Shown here in pieces: positions 16,149-23,265 of a DNA stretch of 24,000 bases. Made by a program: the position numbers and the translations under genes. Numbering within the stretch: the first letter of the stretch is position 1; each line of letters starts with the position of its first letter. The notes under the pieces are model-generated. The model saw nothing but the letters and a program-made list of their open reading frames with translations, was not told the origin of the DNA and made no database searches. The stretch comes from Xylanimonas protaetiae (GTDB lineage: Bacteria; Actinomycetota; Actinomycetes; Actinomycetales; Cellulomonadaceae), in assembly GCF_004135385.1 (NCBI RefSeq), contig NZ_CP035493.1:2523440-2547439 (forward strand), given 5' to 3'.

Positions 16149-16178
16149 CCCAGCCCGGGAGGCAGGTGACTCAGCGCG
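16137..16178. repeat. 21-nt tandem duplication spanning the stop codons of two convergent genes
   Basis: GGAGGCAGGTGACCCAGCCCG (16137..16157), GGAGGCAGGTGACTCAGCGCG (16158..16178). Copy 1 carries the membrane-protein TGA (16146..16148). Copy 2 carries an in-frame second TGA (16167..16169) and the methyltransferase stop (tca 16171..16173). Confidence 0.88.
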
Positions 16179-16803
16179 TGACGCGCAGGACCCGGTAGCC
16201 CTTCGCGCTGTTCGTGCGCTCGACCGGCAGGTCCAGCTCCGCCTCGATCCAGCGGGCGAGCGAGTCGGAGCCCAGGTTCTTCTGCACCACGAGCCACGCG
16301 CCCTCGCCGTCCGCCGACGTCGGTGCCAGGCGGGGCAGCCAGTGCCGCAGCATGCCGTGCAGCACGTCCTTGCCCACGCGGATCGGCGGGTTCGACCAGA
16401 TCGCCGCGAACGCGACGTCGGCGGGGACGTCGTCGGGCAGGCACGCGCGGACGTTGCCCAGGCCGAGCCGCTCGGCGTTGCGGCGCGTGAGGTCGAGCGC
16501 CCGCTCCGAGACGTCGACGGCCCACACGGTCGCCTCGGGCGACTCGGTCGCGAGGGTCAGGGTCAGCGGGCCCCAGCCGCAGCCGAGGTCCAGCAGGTCG
16601 CCCCGGGCGGGCGGCGTGGGCACCTCCCGCAGGAGCACCTGGGTGCCCAGGTCGACGCGGCCGGGGGAGAAGACCCCCGGCGCGACCTCGACCTCGACGT
16701 CGCGCCCCGCGATGCGCACCGTCATCGTGCGGCGCTCCGCGTCCGTGGCGGGACCGCCCGTGAAGTAGTGCTCGGGCACGTCAGGCAGGGGAGCGTCGGT
16801 CAC
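16171..16803 (-). CDS. Class I SAM-dependent methyltransferase, RsmC/RlmG-like (N-methylating NPPxH-type)
   Basis: Track ORF, 210 aa: LLDLGCGWGPLTLTLA (SAM motif I), AVDVSERAL, IWSNPPIRVG (motif IV NPP). Confidence 0.87.
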   Translation of the reverse strand: MTDAPLPDVPEHYFTGGPATDAERRTMTVRIAGRDVEVEVAPGVFSPGRVDLGTQVLLREVPTPPARGDLLDLGCGWGPLTLTLATESPEATVWAVDVSERALDLTRRNAERLGLGNVRACLPDDVPADVAFAAIWSNPPIRVGKDVLHGMLRHWLPRLAPTSADGEGAWLVVQKNLGSDSLARWIEAELDLPVERTNSAKGYRVLRVTR

Positions 16804-16809
16804 CGGTCG

Positions 16810-16815
16810 ATCCTA
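16810..16815 (-). promoter_or_regulatory. -10 hexamer placed for a leaderless methyltransferase mRNA
   Basis: The minus strand reads TAGGAT (16815..16810), 6 nt (cgaccg), then GTG 16803. Confidence 0.45.
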
Positions 16816-16891
16816 TGGCGGGCGCGCGACGACCCCTCGACCTGGCGCGGTCGGAAATGCCCTGCGCCCGGGACGATCCCGCGAGGGATAC

Positions 16892-18499
16892 TTGTTGGCA
16901 GAGAAGCACCGGACCACCGGCGCACCCCCTCCGAAAGGCCACGCTTTGACCCACCCCCCGCAGGACCCTGTCGCCCCGAAGGACGGGGACGCTCCGACGA
17001 CGGAGCACGACGACGCAGCCGCCGCGGACCGTTCCGCCCAGGCCATCGCGAACGACGTCGTCGCCCGGGTCCTGGCACGAGCAGGGACCGCGCGCACCGA
17101 GGGCGGCACCGTCCACGTCGCGCACGACGGCGACCAGCTCGACCTCGAGGAGCGCACCGCGCTGCGTCGCGTCGCCGGGCTCTCCACCGAGCTCGAGGAC
17201 GTCACCGAGGTCGAGTACCGGCAGCTGCGCCTCGAGAAGGTCGTGCTGATCGGCCAGTACTCCGGCGGCGAGGCCGCCGCGGCCGAGGCGTCCGTCTCGC
17301 TGCGCGAGCTCGCCGCGCTCGCCGAGACGGCCGGCTCCGAGGTGCTCGACGGCCTGCTCCAGCGCCGTCAGAAGCCCGACCCCGGCACCTACCTCGGCTC
17401 GGGCAAGGCCGCCGAGCTGGCCGACCTGGTGCGCGCCGTCGGTGCCGACACCGTCGTCGCCGACACCGAGCTGGCGCCCTCCCAGCGCCGCGCGCTGGAG
17501 GACATCGTCAAGGTCAAGGTGGTCGACCGGACCGCGCTGATCCTCGACATCTTCGCCCAGCACGCCAAGTCCCGGGAGGGCAAGGCCCAGGTCGAGCTCG
17601 CCCAGCTCGAGTACCTCCTGCCGCGCCTGCGCGGCTGGGGCGACTCGATGTCCCGCCAGGCCGGTGGCCAGGTGGGCGGGCAGGGCGCCGGCATGGGCTC
17701 GCGCGGCCCCGGCGAGACGAAGATCGAGCTGGACCGCCGCCGCATCCGCAACCGCATGGCCAAGCTGCGCCGCGAGATCAAGGACATGGCCCCGGCACGC
17801 GCGACCAAGCGCCTGGAGCGCAAGCGGCACGCCATCCCGAACGTCGCCATCGCCGGGTACACCAACGCCGGCAAGTCGTCGCTGCTCAACGCGCTGACGG
17901 ACGCCGGGGTGCTCGTGGAGAACGCACTGTTCGCCACGCTCGACCCGACGGTGCGCCGCGCCAAGACCGACGACGGCCGCGTCTACACGCTCGCCGACAC
18001 GGTCGGGTTCGTGCGCCAGCTGCCGCACCAGCTCGTCGAGGCGTTCCGCTCCACGCTCGAGGAGGTGGGCGACGCCGCGCTGCTCCTGCACGTGGTCGAC
18101 GCCTCCCACCCCGACCCCGAGGGGCAGATCGCCGCGGTGCGCGAGGTGCTCGCCGAGATCCCCGGCATCGAGGACGTCCCCGAGGTCGTCGTGCTCAACA
18201 AGGCCGACGTCGCCGACCCCGAGGTCGTCGGGCGCGTCCAGCGCCGCGAGAAGCGCACCGTCGTGGTCTCGGCGCACTCCGGCGAGGGCATCGCCGAGCT
18301 GCGCGCCCTCATCGCCGACGAGCTGCCGCGCCCCGACGTGGAGATCGACCTCGTGGTGCCCTACTCGCGCGGCGACCTGGTCAACCGGGTGCACCAGTTC
18401 GGCGAGCTCGACCACGAGGAGCACCTCGCGACGGGCACGCTGCTGCGCGGCCGCGTCGACGAGGCGCTCGCCGCGGAGCTGGAGCGGGTCGCCGTCTGA
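16892..18499 (+). CDS. hflX: Ribosome-associated GTPase HflX
   Basis: Track ORF, 535 aa: IAGYTNAGKSSLLNALT (G1), DTVGF (G3), NKAD (G4), and the HflX N-domain (LDIFAQHAKSREGKAQVELAQLEYLLPRL). Only TTG codons (16892, 16895, about 16946) are available as starts. GAGGGA at 16883..16888. Confidence 0.92.
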   Translation: MLAEKHRTTGAPPPKGHALTHPPQDPVAPKDGDAPTTEHDDAAAADRSAQAIANDVVARVLARAGTARTEGGTVHVAHDGDQLDLEERTALRRVAGLSTELEDVTEVEYRQLRLEKVVLIGQYSGGEAAAAEASVSLRELAALAETAGSEVLDGLLQRRQKPDPGTYLGSGKAAELADLVRAVGADTVVADTELAPSQRRALEDIVKVKVVDRTALILDIFAQHAKSREGKAQVELAQLEYLLPRLRGWGDSMSRQAGGQVGGQGAGMGSRGPGETKIELDRRRIRNRMAKLRREIKDMAPARATKRLERKRHAIPNVAIAGYTNAGKSSLLNALTDAGVLVENALFATLDPTVRRAKTDDGRVYTLADTVGFVRQLPHQLVEAFRSTLEEVGDAALLLHVVDASHPDPEGQIAAVREVLAEIPGIEDVPEVVVLNKADVADPEVVGRVQRREKRTVVVSAHSGEGIAELRALIADELPRPDVEIDLVVPYSRGDLVNRVHQFGELDHEEHLATGTLLRGRVDEALAAELERVAV

Positions 18500-18510
18500 C
18501 CCGCGGGGCG

Positions 18511-18532
18511 TGTCGGCGGGCCGTGCGAGGAT
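18511..18532 (+). promoter_or_regulatory. PafBC/RecA-NDp-like promoter with leaderless spacing to the helicase GTG
   Basis: TGTCGGCG (18511..18518), 8 nt (ggccgtgc), GAGGAT (18527..18532), 6 nt (cgtccg), GTG 18539. GAGGAT could instead be read as a Shine-Dalgarno. Confidence 0.48.
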
Positions 18533-18538
18533 CGTCCG

Positions 18539-20611
18539 GTGACCTCCGAGCCCGACGACGCTGCCGCGCCCGCTGACGTCCCGGGTGTCGAGGAGCTGCT
18601 CGACCTCGCCGTGGGTGCGCTCGGCGGCGGGCGGCGTCAGGGGCAGCACCAGATGGCGCTCGAGGTGGCCGAGGCGATCGACCAGGGCCGCCACCTGCTC
18701 GTCCAGGCGGGCACGGGCACGGGCAAGTCGCTCGGCTACCTGGTCCCCGCGGTGCGGCACGCCGTGCTGGCCCAGGAGCGCGTCATCATCTCGACGGCGA
18801 CGCTCGCGCTCCAGCGGCAGGTCATGACGCGCGACCTGCCGCTCGTCGCGCAGGCCGTCACTCCCGAGCTCCCGCACGCCCCGAAGATCGCGCTGCTCAA
18901 GGGCTGGCACAACTACCTGTGCCTCCACAAGACGAGCGGCGGCTACCCGATCGACGACGCCACCCTCTTCGACCTGCCGGGCGACGCCGCCGACCACCCC
19001 GCGGAGGCCGGCGCCGGCGCGAGCCGGGCCACGCGCGACGACGGCGCCACGACGCTGGCCGACCACGTGCGCCGCCTGCACGCCTGGTCGCGCGAGACGG
19101 GCTCGGGCGACCGCGACGAGCTCGTCCCCGGCGTGCCGGACCGGGCCTGGCGGCAGGTGTCGGTCACGTCGATGGAGTGCGTCGGGCAGCGGTGCCCGCT
19201 GCTCGCCGAGTGCTTCCCCGAGCGTGCGCGGGCGGCCGCCCGCGAGGCCGACGTCGTCGTCACCAACCACGCCATGCTCGGCATCGCCGCGTCGGGCAGC
19301 CCGGGCGTGCTGCCCGAGCACGGCGTCGTCATCGTCGACGAGGCGCACGAGCTCGCCGACCGGGTCACGTCCTCGGCCACCGTCGAGCTGTCCCTCACGT
19401 CGATCGAGCACGCCGTGCGGCTCGCGCGCCGGCACTCCGGCGCCCAGACCGCCGCGATCGACGCCGCCGCCCAGGCGTTCGGCTCGCTCGTCGCGCAGGC
19501 GCCCGCGGGCAGCTTCCCGCTCGGCCTGCCCGACGAGCTGCGCACGGCCGTCGGCGCCGTCCGCGACGCCGCGCGCGACCTGCTGACCCAGCTCAAGCCC
19601 GACCCCGCCAAGGCCAAGGAGGCCCTCGACGGCGGCGCCAAGATGGCGCAGTCCGCCGTGCTGGTGCTCTTCGAGGTGGCCGAGCGCATGGCCGCGGAGG
19701 ACTCGTCGTCCGACGTGCTGTGGTGCGCGCGCCCCGGCGACGGCCCGGGCTCCGGCTGGGGCGACGGCGTCTCGCGGCTGCACGCGGCGCCCCTGCACGT
19801 CGCCGGGCTCATCCGCGCCGGTCTGCTCGCCGAGTCGACCGGCGTCTTCACCTCGGCGACGCTGTCGCTCGGCGGCCGGTTCGACGCCGTCGCCGGCTCG
19901 CTCGGCCTCGGCCGCCCCGACGACGGCGGCGGCGCGTGGCACGGCGTCGACGTCGGGAGCCCGTTCGACTACCCGAGGCAGGGCATCCTCTACGTCGCCC
20001 GGCACCTGCCCGCGCCCGGGCGCGAGCCCGCGACGGAGGCGCAGCTCGACGAGATCGCCGGGCTCATCGAGGCCGCCGGCGGCCGCACGCTGGGGCTGTT
20101 CTCGTCGCGCCGTGCGGCGACCGCCGTCGCCGAGGCCATGCGCGAACGGCTCGACGTGCCCGTCCTCGCGCAGGGCGACGACCAGCTGCCGACGCTCGTC
20201 AGGGAGTTCGCGCAGGACCCGGGCACGTGCCTGTTCGGGACGCTGTCGCTGTGGCAGGGCGTCGACGTGCCCGGGTCGTCGTGCACGCTCGTGCTCATCG
20301 ACCGCATCCCGTTCCCCCGCCCGGACGACCCCGTCAAGGCCGCTCGCGCGCGGGCCGTCGAGAAGGCGGGCGGCAACGGCTTCATGTCCGTCTCCGCCAC
20401 GCACGCGGCGCTGCTCCTCGCCCAGGGTGCCGGGCGCCTCATCCGCACGGACGCCGACCGTGGCGTCGTCGCCGTCCTGGACCCCCGGCTGGCGACCGCC
20501 CGGTACGGGACGTTCCTCACACGCTCGATGCCCGACTTCTGGCCGACGACGGACGGGCGTATCGTGCGCGAGGCGCTACGCCGTCTCGCCACGTCCGGGA
20601 CGGCCGCCTAG
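18539..20611 (+). CDS. dinG: DinG/XPD-family ATP-dependent DNA helicase (Fe-S type, no N-terminal exonuclease domain)
   Basis: Track ORF, 690 aa: LLVQAGTGTGKSLGYL (Walker A), IVDEAHEL (DEAH), four Cys (NYLCLHK, MECVGQRCPLLAECF) in the position of the XPD/DinG 4Fe-4S cluster, and C-terminal LWQGVDVPG...QGAGRLIR motifs. Confidence 0.9.
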   Translation: MTSEPDDAAAPADVPGVEELLDLAVGALGGGRRQGQHQMALEVAEAIDQGRHLLVQAGTGTGKSLGYLVPAVRHAVLAQERVIISTATLALQRQVMTRDLPLVAQAVTPELPHAPKIALLKGWHNYLCLHKTSGGYPIDDATLFDLPGDAADHPAEAGAGASRATRDDGATTLADHVRRLHAWSRETGSGDRDELVPGVPDRAWRQVSVTSMECVGQRCPLLAECFPERARAAAREADVVVTNHAMLGIAASGSPGVLPEHGVVIVDEAHELADRVTSSATVELSLTSIEHAVRLARRHSGAQTAAIDAAAQAFGSLVAQAPAGSFPLGLPDELRTAVGAVRDAARDLLTQLKPDPAKAKEALDGGAKMAQSAVLVLFEVAERMAAEDSSSDVLWCARPGDGPGSGWGDGVSRLHAAPLHVAGLIRAGLLAESTGVFTSATLSLGGRFDAVAGSLGLGRPDDGGGAWHGVDVGSPFDYPRQGILYVARHLPAPGREPATEAQLDEIAGLIEAAGGRTLGLFSSRRAATAVAEAMRERLDVPVLAQGDDQLPTLVREFAQDPGTCLFGTLSLWQGVDVPGSSCTLVLIDRIPFPRPDDPVKAARARAVEKAGGNGFMSVSATHAALLLAQGAGRLIRTDADRGVVAVLDPRLATARYGTFLTRSMPDFWPTTDGRIVREALRRLATSGTAA

Positions 20612-20656
20612 CCTGTTACCTGCCACGACGCCTCGAGACAGACCCTGGAGAACACC

Positions 20657-21622
20657 GTGAACGCACCGCTTCGCCGCGGCACGACCAAGCTGGCCATCGT
20701 CGGGGCGGGTGCTGTCGGTTCGACGCTCGCCTACGCCGCCCTGACGCGCGGCACCGCCCGCTCCGTCGCGCTGCTCGACGTCAACAAGCAGAAGGTCGAG
20801 GCGGAGGTGCTCGACCTCCAGCACGGCATGATGTTCATCCCGCCGGCCGAGATCACGGGCGGCGACGACGTCGAGGTCTGCCGCGACGCCGACGTCGTGG
20901 TCGTCACCGCGGGGGCGAAGCAACAGCCGGGACAGACGCGCATCGACCTGGCCGAGGCGACCATCGGGCTGACGAAGCGGATCCTGCCGGGCCTGCTCGA
21001 GGTCGCGCCGAACGCCGTGTACATCATGGTGACCAACCCGGTCGACATCGTGACCTACGCGGCGCAGAAGATCTCGGGCCTGCCCGCCGGGCGGCTCTTC
21101 GGCTCCGGCACGGTGCTCGACTCCTCGCGCCTGCGGGCGGCCCTCGCCGTGCACTGCGGCGTGGCGGTCGGCAACGTGCACGCCTACATCGCCGGTGAGC
21201 ACGGCGACTCGGAGCTGCCGCTGTGGAGCTCGGCCACGATCGGCGGCGTGCCGCTGCTCGACTGGAAGAGCATCGCGGGGCAGCCCCCGCTCGACGAGGC
21301 GGCCCGCACGCGCATCGCCCACGAGGTCGTCGACTCGGCCTACCGGATCATCGCCGGCAAGGGCGCGACCAACTACGCCGTCGGGCTCGCGGCGACGCGC
21401 ATCATCGAGGCGGTGCTCAAGGACGAGCACCGGGTGCTCACCGTGTCGTCCAAGCTCGAGGACTACTACGGCATCAGCGACGTGTGCCTGTCGGTGCCGT
21501 CGGTCATCGACCGGCGTGGCGTGGCGGGCGTGCTCGGCGTGCCGCTCTCCGACGAGGAGCTCGCCGGGCTGAGGGCCTCCGCCGACTCGATGCGCGCGGT
21601 GCAGAAGCGCTTCGGGCTCTGA
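20657..21622 (+). CDS. ldh: L-lactate dehydrogenase
   Basis: Track ORF, 321 aa: KLAIVGAGAVGST (NAD fold), VVVTAGAKQQPGQTRIDL, MVTNPVDI, GSGTVLDSSRLR, IAGEHGDSELP (catalytic His). GGAG lies 6 nt before GTG 20657. Confidence 0.93.
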   Translation: MNAPLRRGTTKLAIVGAGAVGSTLAYAALTRGTARSVALLDVNKQKVEAEVLDLQHGMMFIPPAEITGGDDVEVCRDADVVVVTAGAKQQPGQTRIDLAEATIGLTKRILPGLLEVAPNAVYIMVTNPVDIVTYAAQKISGLPAGRLFGSGTVLDSSRLRAALAVHCGVAVGNVHAYIAGEHGDSELPLWSSATIGGVPLLDWKSIAGQPPLDEAARTRIAHEVVDSAYRIIAGKGATNYAVGLAATRIIEAVLKDEHRVLTVSSKLEDYYGISDVCLSVPSVIDRRGVAGVLGVPLSDEELAGLRASADSMRAVQKRFGL

Positions 21623-21664
21623 CGCCGCGGGGCCCGCTGGGGGCCGTGCGGGACACCTGACGAC

Positions 21665-21697
21665 GTCGGCGGTGCACCCGATCGGTGCACCGCCGAC
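21665..21697. terminator. 14-bp perfect stem, 5-nt loop hairpin after ldh
   Basis: GTCGGCGGTGCACC cgatc GGTGCACCGCCGAC. Confidence 0.55.
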
Positions 21698-21713
21698 GCA
21701 CTGCTGGTGCCCT

Positions 21714-21770
21714 GCGGCCGATGACGTCGCGGCCGATGACGTGGGGCCGACGATGTGGGGCCGGCGGTCG
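21714..21770. repeat. 14-15-nt tandem array (2 near-identical plus 2 degenerate units) abutting the lexA 3' end
   Basis: GCGGCCGATGACGTC (21714..21728), GCGGCCGATGACGTG (21729..21743), GGGCCGACGATGTG (21744..21757), GGGCCGGCGGTCG (21758..21770). The lexA stop is at 21776..21778. Confidence 0.8.
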
Positions 21771-21775
21771 CGGGC

Positions 21776-22534
21776 TCAGAGAGCGCGCAGCACCGCGACG
21801 ACGCGCCCGAGGACCTGGGCCTCGTCGCCGGGGATGGGGGCGTAGCTCGGGTTCTGCGGCAGCAGCCACACGTGGCCGTGGTCGCGCTTGAACGTCTTGA
21901 CGGTCGCCTCGCCGTCGATCATCGCGGCGACGATCTCGCCGTTCTCCGCGACGGGCTGGCGCCGCACCACGACCCAGTCGCCGTCGCAGATCGCGGCGTC
22001 GACCATCGAGTCGCCCTGCACCTTGAGCAGGAACAGCTCGCCGTCGCCGACCAGCTGCCGGGGGAGCGGGAAGACGTCCTCGACGAGCTGCTCGGCGAGG
22101 ATCGGGCCGCCGGCGGCGATGCGCCCGACGACCGGGACGTACGACGGCGCCGCGAGCTGCTCGTTGTCGATCCCGGGGACCGCTCGCACGGCGGGCTCGG
22201 GCGTCACCGGCGCGGCGGCGTCGGGCGCCGTCGGAGCGGCACCGCCGGGGTCGACGACCTCCATCGCGCGGGGGCGGTTCGGGTCGCGGCGCAGGTATCC
22301 CTTGCGCTCGAGCGTCATGAGCTGGTGCTTGACGGAGGACGGGCTGGCGAGCCCGACGACCTCGCCGATCTCGCGCATCGTGGGCGGGTAGCCGCGCGTC
22401 TCGACCGACGTGCGGATGGTCTCGAGGACCCGGCGCTGCCGCGGGGTCAGGCCGGGGCCGCCGGCGTGGTCCGGGAGCTCGCTCACCGTCGCCAGCCCGG
22501 GTTCGTCGCCGTTGCCCGTCGTGCGACCCGTCAT
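21776..22534 (-). CDS. lexA: SOS repressor LexA
   Basis: Track ORF, 252 aa: [53 protein letters not shown] (wHTH), [14 protein letters not shown] (Ala-Gly cleavage site), [11 protein letters not shown] (Ser), GEATVKTFK (Lys). GGAGGGG Shine-Dalgarno. Confidence 0.96.
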   Translation of the reverse strand: MTGRTTGNGDEPGLATVSELPDHAGGPGLTPRQRRVLETIRTSVETRGYPPTMREIGEVVGLASPSSVKHQLMTLERKGYLRRDPNRPRAMEVVDPGGAAPTAPDAAAPVTPEPAVRAVPGIDNEQLAAPSYVPVVGRIAAGGPILAEQLVEDVFPLPRQLVGDGELFLLKVQGDSMVDAAICDGDWVVVRRQPVAENGEIVAAMIDGEATVKTFKRDHGHVWLLPQNPSYAPIPGDEAQVLGRVVAVLRAL

Positions 22535-22634
22535 GGCCCCTCCGTCCGTCGTCGTCCGCCGCGCCCGGCGCCGTGCCGTGGTGCGACCGTTCTCCCTGGT
22601 CGTAGGCCCACCCTAGGCCAGATCGGGCGTAGTA

Positions 22635-22650
22635 TCAAACACGTGTTCGA
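22635..22650. promoter_or_regulatory. LexA box 1
   Basis: TCAAAC-acgt-GTTCGA, 11/12 to TCGAAC-N4-GTTCGA. Flanked by TAGTAT on the + strand (22630..22635) and overlapped by GATACT on the minus strand. Confidence 0.75.
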
Positions 22651-22665
22651 CGCGTGTCTCGACAT

Positions 22666-22687
22666 TGTCGGCGGCTCGTGGCATGCT
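22666..22687 (+). promoter_or_regulatory. PafBC/RecA-NDp-like motif facing the LysM gene
   Basis: TGTCGGCG (22666..22673), 8 nt (gctcgtgg), CATGCT (22682..22687). The predicted start near 22694 is immediately upstream of LexA boxes 2 and 3. Confidence 0.42.
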
Positions 22688-22699
22688 ACAGATGTTCGA

Positions 22700-22715
22700 A
22701 CGAACAACTGTTCTA
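22700..22715. promoter_or_regulatory. LexA box 2
   Basis: ACGAAC-aact-GTTCTA, perfect GAAC-N4-GTTC core, 10/12 overall. Confidence 0.72.
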
Positions 22716-22731
22716 ACGAACGCCTGTTCTG
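22716..22731. promoter_or_regulatory. LexA box 3, directly abutting box 2
   Basis: ACGAAC-gcct-GTTCTG, perfect GAAC-N4-GTTC core, 9/12 overall. Confidence 0.68.
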
Positions 22732-22759
22732 TCCCCAGGGATCGACCACGGAGGATGTC

Positions 22760-23215
22760 ATGGCCGCCACGCTCGCCAGCCCCACGCTCACGCTCGTCCG
22801 CCCGGCCGTGGTCGACCGCGCCGCCGTCGTCGCTCGTCCCGCCGTGCTGGGTGCTCGTCCCGCCGTGCTCGGTGCGCCCGCCGGCCGTGCCGCGCGCAGC
22901 GAGCCGCACGGCCTGCTCGGTCTGGGCGGGCTCCGCCTGACGCGTCGCGGCCGCGTCGTCCTCGTCGTGCTCTCGCTGCTCGTGGCCCTCCCGCTCGCGG
23001 GCCTGGGCGGTCGCGCGGTGGCGGGTGAACCCGGCGCGGCGCTCGAGGTCACCGTCCACACCGTGGCGCCGGGGGAGACCCTGTGGGGCTTCGCGCGGCA
23101 GATCGCCGCGCCCGGCCAGGACGTGCGCGACGTCGTCGAGGAGCTGCGCGACCTCAACGAGCTGGCCTCGGGCGCGCTGCGCGTGGGCCAGACCATCCTC
23201 ATCCCGCGGGCCTGA
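22760..23215 (+). CDS. LysM-domain membrane protein, architecture like mycobacterial ChiZ (Rv2719c), an SOS-inducible division-related protein
   Basis: In-frame ATG 22760 of track ORF 21755..23215, with GGAGGA Shine-Dalgarno. Arg/Ala-rich N-terminus, one TM ([19 protein letters not shown]), and a C-terminal LysM ([50 protein letters not shown]). Divergent from lexA, as Rv2719c is. Confidence 0.8.
   Translation: MAATLASPTLTLVRPAVVDRAAVVARPAVLGARPAVLGAPAGRAARSEPHGLLGLGGLRLTRRGRVVLVVLSLLVALPLAGLGGRAVAGEPGAALEVTVHTVAPGETLWGFARQIAAPGQDVRDVVEELRDLNELASGALRVGQTILIPRA
22832..22873 (+). repeat. In-frame 21-nt tandem duplication inside the LysM gene
   Basis: GCTCGTCCCGCCGTGCTGGGT (22832..22852), GCTCGTCCCGCCGTGCTCGGT (22853..22873), 20/21 identical, encoding ARPAVLG twice. 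Confidence 0.88.
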
Positions 23216-23252
23216 CCGGGACGGACGTCCCCTCGCCATGGCTCGCGCCCGG

Positions 23253-23258
23253 TAGTCT
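23253..23258 (+). promoter_or_regulatory. -10 hexamer placed for a leaderless nrdR mRNA
   Basis: TAGTCT, 7 nt (cacgggc), then ATG 23266. Confidence 0.45.
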
Positions 23259-23265
23259 CACGGGC

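Noticed and set aside
16781-20404. 1207-aa minus-strand ORF
   Set aside because: It is antisense to hflX and the DinG-like helicase, both of which have unambiguous motifs on the + strand. Its composition (R, A, G, D, V, E runs) is shadow-like.
21489-21510. Perfect TGTCGGTG octamer inside the ldh 3' coding region
   Set aside because: The hexamer 8 nt downstream is CATCGA (no T at position 6). It lies inside a CDS and no downstream gene runs in that direction. Other TGTCGG hits (11418, 19157, 14349 minus, 17990 minus) likewise lack an nAnnnT hexamer at N8.
20657-21622. ldh as a horizontally acquired insertion in the damage-response cluster
   Set aside because: Codon usage and GC look the same as the neighbours. 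No flanking direct repeats of insertion type, no tRNA and no mobility genes. I cannot establish from memory whether relatives lack it here.
22694-22701. GTTCGAAC palindrome as a fourth LexA box
   Set aside because: It is only one half-site. There is no GAAC/GTTC partner at the N4 spacing on either side except as part of box 2.
23218-23231. GGGACGgaCGTCCC mini-palindrome after the LysM gene as a terminator
   Set aside because: Only a 6-bp stem with a 2-nt loop, too weak to call. The nrdR -10 follows 22 nt later, so read-through or an independent promoter are both possible.
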